Source: Candidatus Delongbacteria bacterium | GTDB taxonomy: Bacteria > UBA4055 | Direction of reading: 5' to 3' | Length of the DNA stretch: 61,780 bases | Assembly (NCBI GenBank): GCA_016937995.1 | Contig: JAFGVM010000066.1 | Location: forward strand, 1-61,780 | Notes under the pieces: generated by a model | What the model was told of the DNA's origin: nothing | Seen by the model: the letters and a program-made list of their open reading frames with translations, nothing else | Database searches by the model: none | In this document: positions 29,148 through 38,476 of the stretch, piece by piece | Position numbering within the stretch: the stretch's first letter is position 1 | Layout of the letters: the number at the start of each line of letters is the position of its first letter | Program-made: the position numbers and the translations under genes

Positions 29148-29212
29148 TGTCATCCTCGTGCTCCGACACGGGGATCTATTTCTAGATTACCGGATCAAGT
29201 CCGATAATGACA
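29148..29212. repeat. Short palindromic element with TGTCAT...ATGACA ends (RPE/dRS3-like)
   Basis: Terminal inverted repeat enclosing two hairpins (ATCCTCGTG/CACGGGGAT; CGGA-TCAAG-TCCG). Confidence 0.55.
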
Positions 29213-29218
29213 GTTTAT

Positions 29219-30046
29219 TTAAAACGCATCCGGTATGCTTTTAAGTTCTTCAAATGAGAACACAGGACCATCGATACAAACATACTTTGAACCGATACCG
29301 CATCTTCCGCATTTACCGATACCGCATTTCATTCTTCTTTCAAGAGATGTGTATATCCTTGTATCATCAAATCCAAGTTCTTTCAATACCGGCAATGTGA
29401 ACTTGATCATAATAGGAGGACCACAAACGATAGCCCATGCGCTTGGATCAGGAGATACTTCTTTAGTGATCGTAGGTACAAATCCTGTATGTTTTGCCCA
29501 TCCTTCAACAGGGGTGTCAATAGTTAAATGAAGTGTTAGATCATCTCTTTTGTCCCATTCTGCCAATTCTTCTTTATATATCAATAGATCAGGATTTCTT
29601 GCACCGTAAATAACAGTGATATCTCCATAATCCTTTCTATTCTCAAGCATATAAATAAGCATAGATCTTAACGTTGTGAACGCAAATCCTCCACCGATGA
29701 TAACGACATCTTTACCTTTTAGTTTTTCAAGTGGATACCAGTTCCCCAAAGGACCACGAATACCGACAATATCACCAACATTCAGATAATGGATCTCATT
29801 TGTAACAGACCCTGTTCTGTTGACTGTGAACTTCAGAATTCCCTCTTCAGTAGGTGAAGAAGCTATGCCAAAAGGTGATTCACCCTTGCCAAGAATAGAA
29901 AATTCACAGAATTGACCGGGCATATAATCAAATTTGTCTTCCTCATTTACAAATGAGAGATCAAAAGTACGAAGTGAACCGTCAGGGTTCTCGGATAATA
30001 TTTTCTCAACTTTCATCGGTATCGGTATGTACGTATTATTACACAT
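29219..30046 (-). CDS. flxA: FlxA (AsrB/PyrK-like FAD/NAD-binding, 2Fe-2S)
   Basis: PGQF, GIRGPLGN, IGGGFAF, CGPPIM, MKCGIGKCGRC...VCIDGPVF; hdrA-flxDCBA order. Confidence 0.85.
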   Translation of the reverse strand: MCNNTYIPIPMKVEKILSENPDGSLRTFDLSFVNEEDKFDYMPGQFCEFSILGKGESPFGIASSPTEEGILKFTVNRTGSVTNEIHYLNVGDIVGIRGPLGNWYPLEKLKGKDVVIIGGGFAFTTLRSMLIYMLENRKDYGDITVIYGARNPDLLIYKEELAEWDKRDDLTLHLTIDTPVEGWAKHTGFVPTITKEVSPDPSAWAIVCGPPIMIKFTLPVLKELGFDDTRIYTSLERRMKCGIGKCGRCGIGSKYVCIDGPVFSFEELKSIPDAF

Positions 30047-30063
30047 CTATAGTTTCCTTAAAT

Positions 30064-31095
30064 TTAGTATTCTAATACTTTTTTAATGACTTCTCTGATA
30101 TCAAGATTGACGGGACAAACACTTACACATCTTCCGCAACCTGTACAAAGATCAACCTGATAATTGTCCCTGAAGTAATTGTATTTATGCATTATTCTCT
30201 GTCTGACTCTCTGAACAGCTACACCCCTCGGGTTATGTCCCGAAGCCTCTTTTGTAAATAACTGGAACATACATGAATCCCAAAGTCTTATCCTGCTGCC
30301 TTTACCGTCCTTACCTTCATCATCAACATCGAAACAGTGACACGTTGGACAAACGAATGTACATGCTCCGCAATTGATGCATTTGGCAGATACTTCATCC
30401 CATACAGGTTCATCCCATATCTTTTTAAGTTTATCAAAGAGAGGTTTTGTGTCAATTTTGTCACCGAGATAAGATTCAGCAGTAGCTTTCAGTTCATCAA
30501 TTACTTTAACATCATTATCATCTGCTTTTTCTGCTTTGTCATAGCTATCAATGAATTTTTTACCCTTATCACTGATATCTTCCATGATATAATGGTCAGC
30601 AGTTTCAACTACAAAGACATCTGAACCGGTTTTATCAAAAGGATTTCCGTCGAACCAGTGACAGAAACAAGTTGAAAGCGGTTCATTACAAGCCAGGTTG
30701 AAGACTAAGCAGTTGTCATATTTCTGTTTCCAGTAAGGGTCTTTGAAATAGTCTTTTCCCGGATGCTGACGCGCATCACCGAAAACACTGTCAAGCATTT
30801 TCAAGCTCTTGGCATCACAATTTCTTATTGCCCAGATAGCAAAAGGTTTTTCATTTCTCTCAGGGACTTTCAAACCTTCTTTAGAATACTTAAACATTAC
30901 TTCTGCCTGAGGAAAAAATACTTCCTTTGCTGATTTCGATGTGTTATAAGCTGAATGATCTATCTCAAGAGCTGTTTCGATCTTTTTGAAAGTAGTCTTC
31001 TTCCCATGTTCAACAGGAGCATAGACAGAATAATCCCTGTTTAGAAAATCGATGAATTCATTCAGTTTTGTTTTTTTAATTTTAAGCATATACAC
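30064..31095 (-). CDS. flxB: FlxB (AsrA-like 4Fe-4S protein)
   Basis: CINCGACTFVCPTCHCF, RLWDSC, CTGCGRCVSVCP. Confidence 0.85.
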   Translation of the reverse strand: MYMLKIKKTKLNEFIDFLNRDYSVYAPVEHGKKTTFKKIETALEIDHSAYNTSKSAKEVFFPQAEVMFKYSKEGLKVPERNEKPFAIWAIRNCDAKSLKMLDSVFGDARQHPGKDYFKDPYWKQKYDNCLVFNLACNEPLSTCFCHWFDGNPFDKTGSDVFVVETADHYIMEDISDKGKKFIDSYDKAEKADDNDVKVIDELKATAESYLGDKIDTKPLFDKLKKIWDEPVWDEVSAKCINCGACTFVCPTCHCFDVDDEGKDGKGSRIRLWDSCMFQLFTKEASGHNPRGVAVQRVRQRIMHKYNYFRDNYQVDLCTGCGRCVSVCPVNLDIREVIKKVLEY

Positions 31096-31110
31096 CCTTA
31101 CTCTAACAGA

Positions 31111-32073
31111 TTACATTATAAAGTCTTGCTTTTCATTTTCGCAGAAAGATACCATAGCCGGTTTTTCATTAATGTCCAGACCTGCGGTATAGTTAAATCT
31201 TTCCTTTACTTCTTTTTCAACTTTTTTATTCATGATCCTTAGATCAAGGTCAACAGGGCATGCAGTTACGCATGAACCACAGTCAACACATCTTCCTGCA
31301 ATATGAAGATTCCTGATCAGGTGGAAAATAACCGAATCAGTTACTTCTGGTGTCTTACCTATCCATTGAGGGTCGTTCTGATCAACGAAGCATTCATTAC
31401 AATAGCACGATGGACATACGTTCCTACAAGCATAGCATCTGATACATTTTGAATATTCCTCTTCAATGTACTTCCATCTTTCTTCAGCAGTTTTGTCTTC
31501 GAAGTCAGTAACAACTTTAAATTCTTCAGCTACTTCAACTTCAACTCTAGGCTCACCAATGAAAGTGTCATATTCTTTAGCATCAGGATAACGGCAGTAG
31601 ATACATGAGTCACTTAGAACTTCTTTCAAAGGAACTTTTTTCTCAAAAGCTCTTCCTTTCAAAGTAACTTCATCACCTTCAACTTTTATATCAATAACTT
31701 CTTTTCCTTCAGTTATGGTCTGTATCTTTTTCTTTTCAAAAACACCGTTACAAGGAACACCTATGATATGAGCCTGCTCTCTTTTGATCTGATTTTCAAC
31801 AGTGTAAAGAACTACAGAACGGGCGTCACAACCTTTGGATACGATACCGATCTTTTTATAATCTTTCTTTAGTTTTTTACGATCTTTAGTCAAATAAACG
31901 GTTAGATTATTCCTGCATGTATTATCAAAGATAAGTTGGTCTGCATCCTCTGGTTTAGTAATAAAAATAGGAGTAGCAGTGTTCGGTAAAGAACCTTTTC
32001 CGTAACCGATAACAATATCTACAGTTTTATCTTCAAGGAGTTTTTTTACCTGAGATCTCAATTCGTTAATCAT
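31111..32073 (-). CDS. flxC: FlxC (FdhB-like 4Fe-4S protein)
   Basis: KGCDAR, CIRCYACRNVCPSCYC, HIAGRCVDCGSC. Confidence 0.8.
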   Translation of the reverse strand: MINELRSQVKKLLEDKTVDIVIGYGKGSLPNTATPIFITKPEDADQLIFDNTCRNNLTVYLTKDRKKLKKDYKKIGIVSKGCDARSVVLYTVENQIKREQAHIIGVPCNGVFEKKKIQTITEGKEVIDIKVEGDEVTLKGRAFEKKVPLKEVLSDSCIYCRYPDAKEYDTFIGEPRVEVEVAEEFKVVTDFEDKTAEERWKYIEEEYSKCIRCYACRNVCPSCYCNECFVDQNDPQWIGKTPEVTDSVIFHLIRNLHIAGRCVDCGSCVTACPVDLDLRIMNKKVEKEVKERFNYTAGLDINEKPAMVSFCENEKQDFIM

Positions 32074-32522
32074 TATTTAACTCCTTCTAATTCTTCAGTT
32101 TTCGCTCCATGCTTTACCATTCTTTTCGCAGGTCCAATCTTTTTGATATCTTCGGTGACCTTTGTAATGATATTTGCAAATTTTTCACCTTCTCCTGCTG
32201 AAACCCATGAAAATTGAACTCTTTCAGGTTCAATGCCTATGAACTCAAGGAGAGGTTTTATCGTAGAAAATCGTCTACGTGCGATGAAATTACCTGACAG
32301 GTAATGGCAGTCGCCCGGATGTCAACCAGAGACAAGAAGACCGTCGTATCCGCTTTGTAATGTCTTCATTATAAATAAAGGATCAACTCTACCTGAGCAA
32401 GGGATCCTGATAACTCTGACATTAGGTGGATACTGAATTCTTGAAACTCCTGCAAGATCTGCTCCCGCATACGAACACCAGTTGCACAGTATCGCGAGGA
32501 TCTTAGGTTGCCACTCTTTCAT
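32073..32522 (-). CDS. mvhD: MvhD/FlxD 2Fe-2S subunit, selenoprotein (Sec67 at TGA 32322-32324), 149 aa
   Basis: CNWCSY, CSGR, then SG-TGA-HPGDCHYLSGN...WVSAGEG; reads on to TAA overlapping the flxC ATG. Confidence 0.93.
32289..32305 (-). promoter_or_regulatory. Putative SECIS apical hairpin
   Basis: AUUACCU-GUC-AGGUAAU, stem starts 16 nt after UGA. Confidence 0.75.
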
Positions 32523-32544
32523 TTAAACTCCTAAAAATTTAATT

Positions 32545-35500
32545 TTAAAATATCTCCAGTTCTTCCGTCAATGTCAATGAATCAAACGTCGCAAATAACT
32601 GTTCATTTGTGAATCCTCTCAAATTCAATGCCCCGCAACGACAGGATGCCACACAAGCTCCACAACCTTTACAAAGTGCATCGTTAACAACAGCGATCTC
32701 TTTTTCAGGATCAACAGCTATAGCATTATAAGCACAGGCAAGTTCACAATACCCGCAACCAGTACATCTGGAATCGTTTACTTCAGTTATAGTACCTTCA
32801 GCCAGGATCTGTTTCTTGTTCAGGAATGTTAAAGCTCTACTTGCAGCAGCTTTTGCCTGCATAAGACTTTCATCCATATCTTTTGGTCCGTGTGCAAGTC
32901 CGGCAAGAAAAACACCATCAGTTGCAAAATCAACAGGTCTGAGTTTAGCGTGAGCTTCCAGGAATACTCCATCAGCATTCAAAGGAACTTTTAACATTCT
33001 TGCAAGATCGATATTGTCTTTCTTTGGGTCAACAGCTACAGAAAGAACCAGCATATCAGCTGTTATCTGTACTTCTTTATCCATAATAGGATCAAATACG
33101 GTAACATTTACACCACTGTCCGGATCCATCTCGTCAACAAGTGAAACTTCAGGTTTTTTCTCAGGAGAATAATGAACGAACATAGTACCGTTGTCTCTCA
33201 GCTCACTATAATATTTCTCTCTGAAACCATAAGTTCTCATATCACGGTAAACTATATATACATTAGTATTAGGCATCATTTCTTTGAGAACACCTGCATT
33301 TTTTACAGCTTTCGTACAACAAATACGACTACAATACATTTTACCTTCTTTTCTTGAACCTACACACTGGATCATAACCACTGTCTTAGGTTTCTTAGGG
33401 AATTTCTTTTTATGAAGCATTGATTCAAATTCCACCTGAGTAACGATAGTTGAAGTCTCTCCGTAAAGGTATTCTGAGGTTTCGTGTTCATCTGCACCGG
33501 TAGCGATCACTGTTACACCATGTTCAAAAGTATGCTCTTCTTTTGAATCTTTTTCGACCATTGTAGTTTTAAAATTACCAACATAACCATCGATCTTTTT
33601 GATATCAGTGTTCTTATATAAATGTATATGTTTATTCTTCTCTACTCTATCTATGTAATCAGCAAGATGTTTCTGTGGATCTTTTCCAAAGTTGAAATAT
33701 ATATTTTTCAGATTTCCACCAAGTGTTTTCTCTCTTTCCACCAAGAATACTTCATGACCCGCTGTTGCTAAAGTATCTGCAACGGCCATTCCTGCAAGCC
33801 CTCCTCCAACGACTAACGCTTTAGGATTGATATCAATAGGTAATCTTGCAAGAGGTTTCAATTCTTTAGCTTTGGCAGCTGCCATAGCCATAAGATCCTT
33901 TGCTTTCTCTGTTGCAAGTTCAGGTTCGTTCTGATGAGCCCATGAACACTGATCACGGATATTTGCCATTTCAAATAAATAAGGATTTAATCCGGCTTCA
34001 TTTATGGTCTCCCTAAATAAAGGTTCATGTGTACGAGGAGTACATGCGGCTACAACAACTCTGTTCAAATTATGTTCTTTTATTCTTTCTTTGATCGTAT
34101 TCATACAATCCGGAGAGCATGCATAAACAAGATCTTCAGAGTGTTCAACATTAGGAAGATCTCGAGCACTTTCAGCAACAGATTTTACATCTACTACACC
34201 GGCAATATTTATACCGCAATGACATACAAAAGTACCAATTCTGGGTCTTTCACCTTCAACTTTGATCTCTTTAGGTGCATCTTTAGCATCAGTAAGCTTC
34301 TGTCTTTCAAGTCTTAAGAATTTTGTAGCTTCAGCTACTGCACCTGATGCAGATACAACTGATTCGGGAATATCCTTTGGAGCGTTCATAGCTCCGCATA
34401 CGTAAATACCTTCTCTTGAAGTTGTTAAAGGAGTATAGGAGTCAGATCTACAAAAGCCGTATTCATTCAGTTTAATATCAAGTTTTTCAGCAAGTTCCGG
34501 CATTCCCTTTCTTGGTTGAAGACCAACTGCAAGAACTACCATATCAAAATCTTTGTACTGAATATCTCCATTTTCAAATACGTATTTTAATGTCAGGCTT
34601 CCGTCAGCATTTTCAGATATATCAGAAACTTTTGACTTGATGAACTCAACACCGTATTTGTTCTTTGCATTTTCATAATATTTGTCAAAATCTTTACCAA
34701 ATGCTCTGATATCCATATAGAAAATAGAAGATTTCAAACCTTTCATATGTTCAGTTGCAATTATAGCTTCTTTAATAGCGAACATACAGCAAGCTGATGA
34801 ACAATAGTTGTGACCTATGCTTTCGTCTCTTGATCCGACACACTGAATAAAAGCAATGCTCTTAGGTTCTTTATGATCATTGAATTTGGTTATATGACCA
34901 CCCATAGGTCCTGATGCAGATAACATTCTCTCAAATTCCAGAGATGTCACAACATTGCTGAATCTCTTGTAACCGAGATTTCCAAAGTGTATAGGATTAA
35001 AAGTATCAATACCTGTGGAAAGTATTACAGCTCCAACATTTAATTCTATTTTTCGATCTTTATCATCGTAGTTAATAGCACCGGCAGGGCAGACCTTTTC
35101 ACAGATCTTACAAACACCCTTGGTCAGGTAAAGACAGTTATTTTTGTCAATCGTATACTCAGCCGGGATACTCTGTAGAAAATATCTTGAAATAGCTCCT
35201 CTCTTTCTAAGCTGCATATCAAATTCATCAGCAACTTTTACAGGGCATTTCTCTTCACATAAACCACAGGAAACACATTTCTCAGGATCAACATATTTTG
35301 CTTCTTCCACTATCTTAGCTATAAAATCACCCGGTAAACCTTCAACTGATTCAACTTTTGATTTTATGTGTATGCTGATATTAGGATGACGGACAGCTTC
35401 ACTCATCTTAGGGGCAAGGATACACATTGAACAATCATTTGTTGGGAATGTCTTATCAAGCTGAGGCATCCTGCCTCCAATTGTAGCTGATTCTTCGACC

Positions 35501-35598
35501 AAATGTACTTTTATACCCATATCGGCAAGATCAAGAGCCGCCTGAATTCCGGCGATCCCTGCTCCGACTACCATTGCTGATCTACTTTTTAAACTCAT
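32545..35598 (-). CDS. hdrA: Double-FAD HdrA-like protein, 1017 aa
   Basis: LDKTFPTNDCSMC, two CVGSR..CS..CC, VCHCG, ACTPRTHE. Start moved to ATG 35598 (AAGGA RBS) because the track extension overlaps the read-through mvhD. Confidence 0.9.
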   Translation of the reverse strand: MSLKSRSAMVVGAGIAGIQAALDLADMGIKVHLVEESATIGGRMPQLDKTFPTNDCSMCILAPKMSEAVRHPNISIHIKSKVESVEGLPGDFIAKIVEEAKYVDPEKCVSCGLCEEKCPVKVADEFDMQLRKRGAISRYFLQSIPAEYTIDKNNCLYLTKGVCKICEKVCPAGAINYDDKDRKIELNVGAVILSTGIDTFNPIHFGNLGYKRFSNVVTSLEFERMLSASGPMGGHITKFNDHKEPKSIAFIQCVGSRDESIGHNYCSSACCMFAIKEAIIATEHMKGLKSSIFYMDIRAFGKDFDKYYENAKNKYGVEFIKSKVSDISENADGSLTLKYVFENGDIQYKDFDMVVLAVGLQPRKGMPELAEKLDIKLNEYGFCRSDSYTPLTTSREGIYVCGAMNAPKDIPESVVSASGAVAEATKFLRLERQKLTDAKDAPKEIKVEGERPRIGTFVCHCGINIAGVVDVKSVAESARDLPNVEHSEDLVYACSPDCMNTIKERIKEHNLNRVVVAACTPRTHEPLFRETINEAGLNPYLFEMANIRDQCSWAHQNEPELATEKAKDLMAMAAAKAKELKPLARLPIDINPKALVVGGGLAGMAVADTLATAGHEVFLVEREKTLGGNLKNIYFNFGKDPQKHLADYIDRVEKNKHIHLYKNTDIKKIDGYVGNFKTTMVEKDSKEEHTFEHGVTVIATGADEHETSEYLYGETSTIVTQVEFESMLHKKKFPKKPKTVVMIQCVGSRKEGKMYCSRICCTKAVKNAGVLKEMMPNTNVYIVYRDMRTYGFREKYYSELRDNGTMFVHYSPEKKPEVSLVDEMDPDSGVNVTVFDPIMDKEVQITADMLVLSVAVDPKKDNIDLARMLKVPLNADGVFLEAHAKLRPVDFATDGVFLAGLAHGPKDMDESLMQAKAAASRALTFLNKKQILAEGTITEVNDSRCTGCGYCELACAYNAIAVDPEKEIAVVNDALCKGCGACVASCRCGALNLRGFTNEQLFATFDSLTLTEELEIF

Positions 35599-35617
35599 AA
35601 ATTTTTTCCTTAGTATC

Positions 35618-36043
35618 CTATAAGAATATATTATTTCTTGTTGGGTTCTCACCCTTATTCGTAATTGTTTCAGTGTATTCACTACTTACCTGAGCAAATT
35701 TTTGACCCTCAGATGCAGAGATCCAAGAGAGTCTGAACCTTTCTTCATCAAGTCCGAGGGACTTGTAAAGTTCCTGAACTATTTTGATCCTTCTTCTTGT
35801 ATGATAATTACCAACCTGGTAATGGCAGTCACCGGGGTGTCAACCACCGACCAGAACACCGTCTGCTCCACGAAGATATGATTTTATCAAAAACACCGGA
35901 TCAATTCTACTTGAGCACATTACTTTGATAGGTAAAACTGCTGTAGGATACTGAGATCTGTTGATACCTGCCAGGTCAGCTCCAGTATAAGAGCACCATT
36001 TGCAGAGAAAACTTACTATCTTTGGTTCAAATTTATTTGACAT
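35618..36043 (-). CDS. mvhD: MvhD 2Fe-2S subunit, selenoprotein (Sec68 at TGA 35840-35842), 141 aa
   Basis: CKWCSY, MCSSR, then [16 protein letters not shown]...WISASEG; TAG at 35618. Confidence 0.93.
35807..35823 (-). promoter_or_regulatory. Putative SECIS apical hairpin
   Basis: AUUACCA-GGU-UGGUAAU, stem starts 16 nt after UGA. Confidence 0.75.
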
Positions 36044-36076
36044 TTTTTATTCCCCCTAATTTTCAATTGAGCGAAT

Positions 36077-37171
36077 TTATTCGCCCATTTCCGGAAATTC
36101 CTGTTCCTTGAATATCATTACAGGTATTTGTTCATTTACATCTCTACCAGGAACGAAATCAAATACTTTTGCTATATGTTCACCTGATCTTTTAAATACA
36201 GGACCAACTGGAATACTTGAAGGACATACATCAGTACATTGACCGCAACCTACACATGAATAAGCCATGTGCGATAATCTTCCTAGGTGAAAGAAAATCG
36301 TATCCGGAGGAAGTCTCAATGCACCTTTCTGTTCAAGTTCCTTTTCCATGATACCTGTATTATAATCAAAGTTCGATGAAGAAAAATCACATTGCGTACA
36401 GTAGCAAATTGGACAAACACTGTTACATCCACGGCAACCGATACACTTTCCAAAGATCTCTACCATTCCGTCAAGACCTTTATCACTTTTATCCACTGAT
36501 GCGAACAATGCTTCTTTTTCCTTCAGTCTTTTTTCTGCAAGCCGATCGAGAATAGATGCATCAAATTTGTTATCAGATAACTTACCTTCAAATCCTTCGG
36601 TAAATTTTACAGCTTTATCAGTATTTAGATACAATTTTGTAGTGTTAGCCTCTTCATTGATAACAGAGATAAGTATGTCCGCATTGGTCGGAGCAAAATG
36701 CTCACATGCTTTACAATTCGTACGAACTCCGTTATGAATTTCACCATTTTCAGTAGCTTTCCAATAATCCTCAAGTTGATCAGTAGCTTTTCCACGAACA
36801 TTATCTTTCAACGGAATAACACCGCCGCAAGTATGAGTTATGAAAAGGAAGTTATCCATAGAACCCTGAGCTCTTTTTACCATTTCAACATAAGCCCTGA
36901 ACTCACAAGGTCTGATAACAACTGCTACAGGTTTATCCATCGGAGTGAATCCGGAAAGAACCTGTCCTGCCTGTAATGGCATGATCGGGTAGAATGGATC
37001 TATTATATCAAGATTTTCTATTTTTGTCGTAAAAGCATAGTCGTGTGAACCTGAGTCATGGATCTTTCTCAGAGTAAACACTCCGCTTACAACTTCTTTT
37101 TCTAGAAGATGTTTAAGAAGATCTTTCACAACTGTATCACGGTTTTTATCTATAGTTAAAAGTTTACTCAT
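36077..37171 (-). CDS. FdhB/FlxC-like iron-sulfur protein
   Basis: RPCEFRA, CIGCRGCNSVCPICYC, HMAYSCVGCGQC. Confidence 0.82.
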   Translation of the reverse strand: MSKLLTIDKNRDTVVKDLLKHLLEKEVVSGVFTLRKIHDSGSHDYAFTTKIENLDIIDPFYPIMPLQAGQVLSGFTPMDKPVAVVIRPCEFRAYVEMVKRAQGSMDNFLFITHTCGGVIPLKDNVRGKATDQLEDYWKATENGEIHNGVRTNCKACEHFAPTNADILISVINEEANTTKLYLNTDKAVKFTEGFEGKLSDNKFDASILDRLAEKRLKEKEALFASVDKSDKGLDGMVEIFGKCIGCRGCNSVCPICYCTQCDFSSSNFDYNTGIMEKELEQKGALRLPPDTIFFHLGRLSHMAYSCVGCGQCTDVCPSSIPVGPVFKRSGEHIAKVFDFVPGRDVNEQIPVMIFKEQEFPEMGE

Positions 37172-38324
37172 GACCAACCTCCTTTGCTTCTACACTCTTT
37201 ACGAGATCTTTTAACTCTCCAAGTTCCTCAACTTTGTAATCTCTCATAGGAAGGGCATCACCGATACTGTTTCCCGCGATATAATCAAAAGCTTCCTGAG
37301 TTTGTGCACCTGAGTAAGCGAATATCTTAGCTACAGGAATATCAACCGGGCAAGCATCAGAGCAAAGACCGCAATTGATACATGAAAGACTCATGTGAGC
37401 CATTCTTCCAACATGGAACATTATTTTATCCTGAGGATACCCTAATGCACCTTTTTTATCAGCACGGATCTTAATAAAATCTGAATTTGGTTTATTTGCA
37501 GTTGAATCAAAATAGCATTGTCGACAGTAGCAGATAGGGCAGACGCTATTACAATTGTGGCATCCGATACAATTTGCGAAAGTCTCCTTCAGATTATCGA
37601 GACCTTGTGTCATCTTAGCTACGTTCTTGAATTCATTTTCTCTTGCTGTTGTTCTATCAGCAACGACTTTATCCATAAACTTAGACCATTCAGATAGTTC
37701 AGTATCAAGGTTTAATTTTAATTCTGAAACGACCTTTTCACCTCTTTCACTGTTAGGAATAAGGATAAGTCCTTCATTATCAATAGCAAAATGGATATCA
37801 GTTGCAACAGGTATAGAGCATTTATTACATAATTCACATGTACCTTTAATGATCTTAGAATTGTAAGTTCTATCTTCGAGTAATTTATCAAATTCTACTT
37901 CACTTTTCTCAGGATCCAAAATATAGTTCTGCATAGGTAATGCACCTACACAATCATAACTGAACAATGTGATATCATCAAGTTTGATCTGATTTAGCTT
38001 AACAAGTTCAATTATAGCTCTGATCTCACAAGGCCTTGCCAAAGCCGCGATCTTATATTTTCCAGAACCTTTTCTTGTATATCTTTTAATTGCATTTGCA
38101 GCATTAGCAGTCATGATCGGTGCAATAGGATTCGCATCGTTTAGTAATTCCATATCCTTGATCATCATCCATGCATAAGAATCCTGAGTTGGAACTCTCA
38201 TTGGCATTAAAACCAGATCAAATTGCTCTTTTTTAACTGCATCTCTGAAAAAATCCCTGATCGCAGAACGAATATCGTTCTTTGAATCCAGTTTTGACCC
38301 TTTATTAGGGATGTTATCCATCAA
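37164..38324 (-). CDS. FdhB/FlxC-like iron-sulfur protein (paralog of the neighbour)
   Basis: RPCEIRA, CIGCHNCNSVCPICYC, HMSLSCINCGLC. Confidence 0.82.
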   Translation of the reverse strand: MMDNIPNKGSKLDSKNDIRSAIRDFFRDAVKKEQFDLVLMPMRVPTQDSYAWMMIKDMELLNDANPIAPIMTANAANAIKRYTRKGSGKYKIAALARPCEIRAIIELVKLNQIKLDDITLFSYDCVGALPMQNYILDPEKSEVEFDKLLEDRTYNSKIIKGTCELCNKCSIPVATDIHFAIDNEGLILIPNSERGEKVVSELKLNLDTELSEWSKFMDKVVADRTTARENEFKNVAKMTQGLDNLKETFANCIGCHNCNSVCPICYCRQCYFDSTANKPNSDFIKIRADKKGALGYPQDKIMFHVGRMAHMSLSCINCGLCSDACPVDIPVAKIFAYSGAQTQEAFDYIAGNSIGDALPMRDYKVEELGELKDLVKSVEAKEVGHE

Positions 38325-38338
38325 ATTCTCCTTTATCT

Positions 38339-38459
38339 AGACTGTTGAAAAACTTCGTATTTCTTCGTCTGATTCAAATTTCTTAATCCGTCACTTAGGT
38401 CAATTAAGCTTCGAATACAAAATTTGATAATCCTTGAACTACTTGTTTTTGACCAGTCT
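38339..38459. mobile_element. Putative 121-bp MITE
   Basis: Terminal inverted repeats AGACTGTTGAAAAAC / GTTTTTGACCAGTCT (13/15 match); non-coding and fills the intergenic gap. Confidence 0.55.
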
Positions 38460-38476
38460 GTACTTTTTCAATAAAT

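Noticed and set aside
29219-31095. Anaerobic sulfite reductase AsrAB or sulfhydrogenase beta/gamma subunits
   Set aside because: No AsrC siroheme subunit or NiFe subunits; gene order matches hdrA-flxDCBA
35599-35682. 28-aa N-terminal extension of HdrA in the ORF track
   Set aside because: It overlaps the read-through mvhD; ATG 35598 has an RBS and precedes the FAD-binding motif
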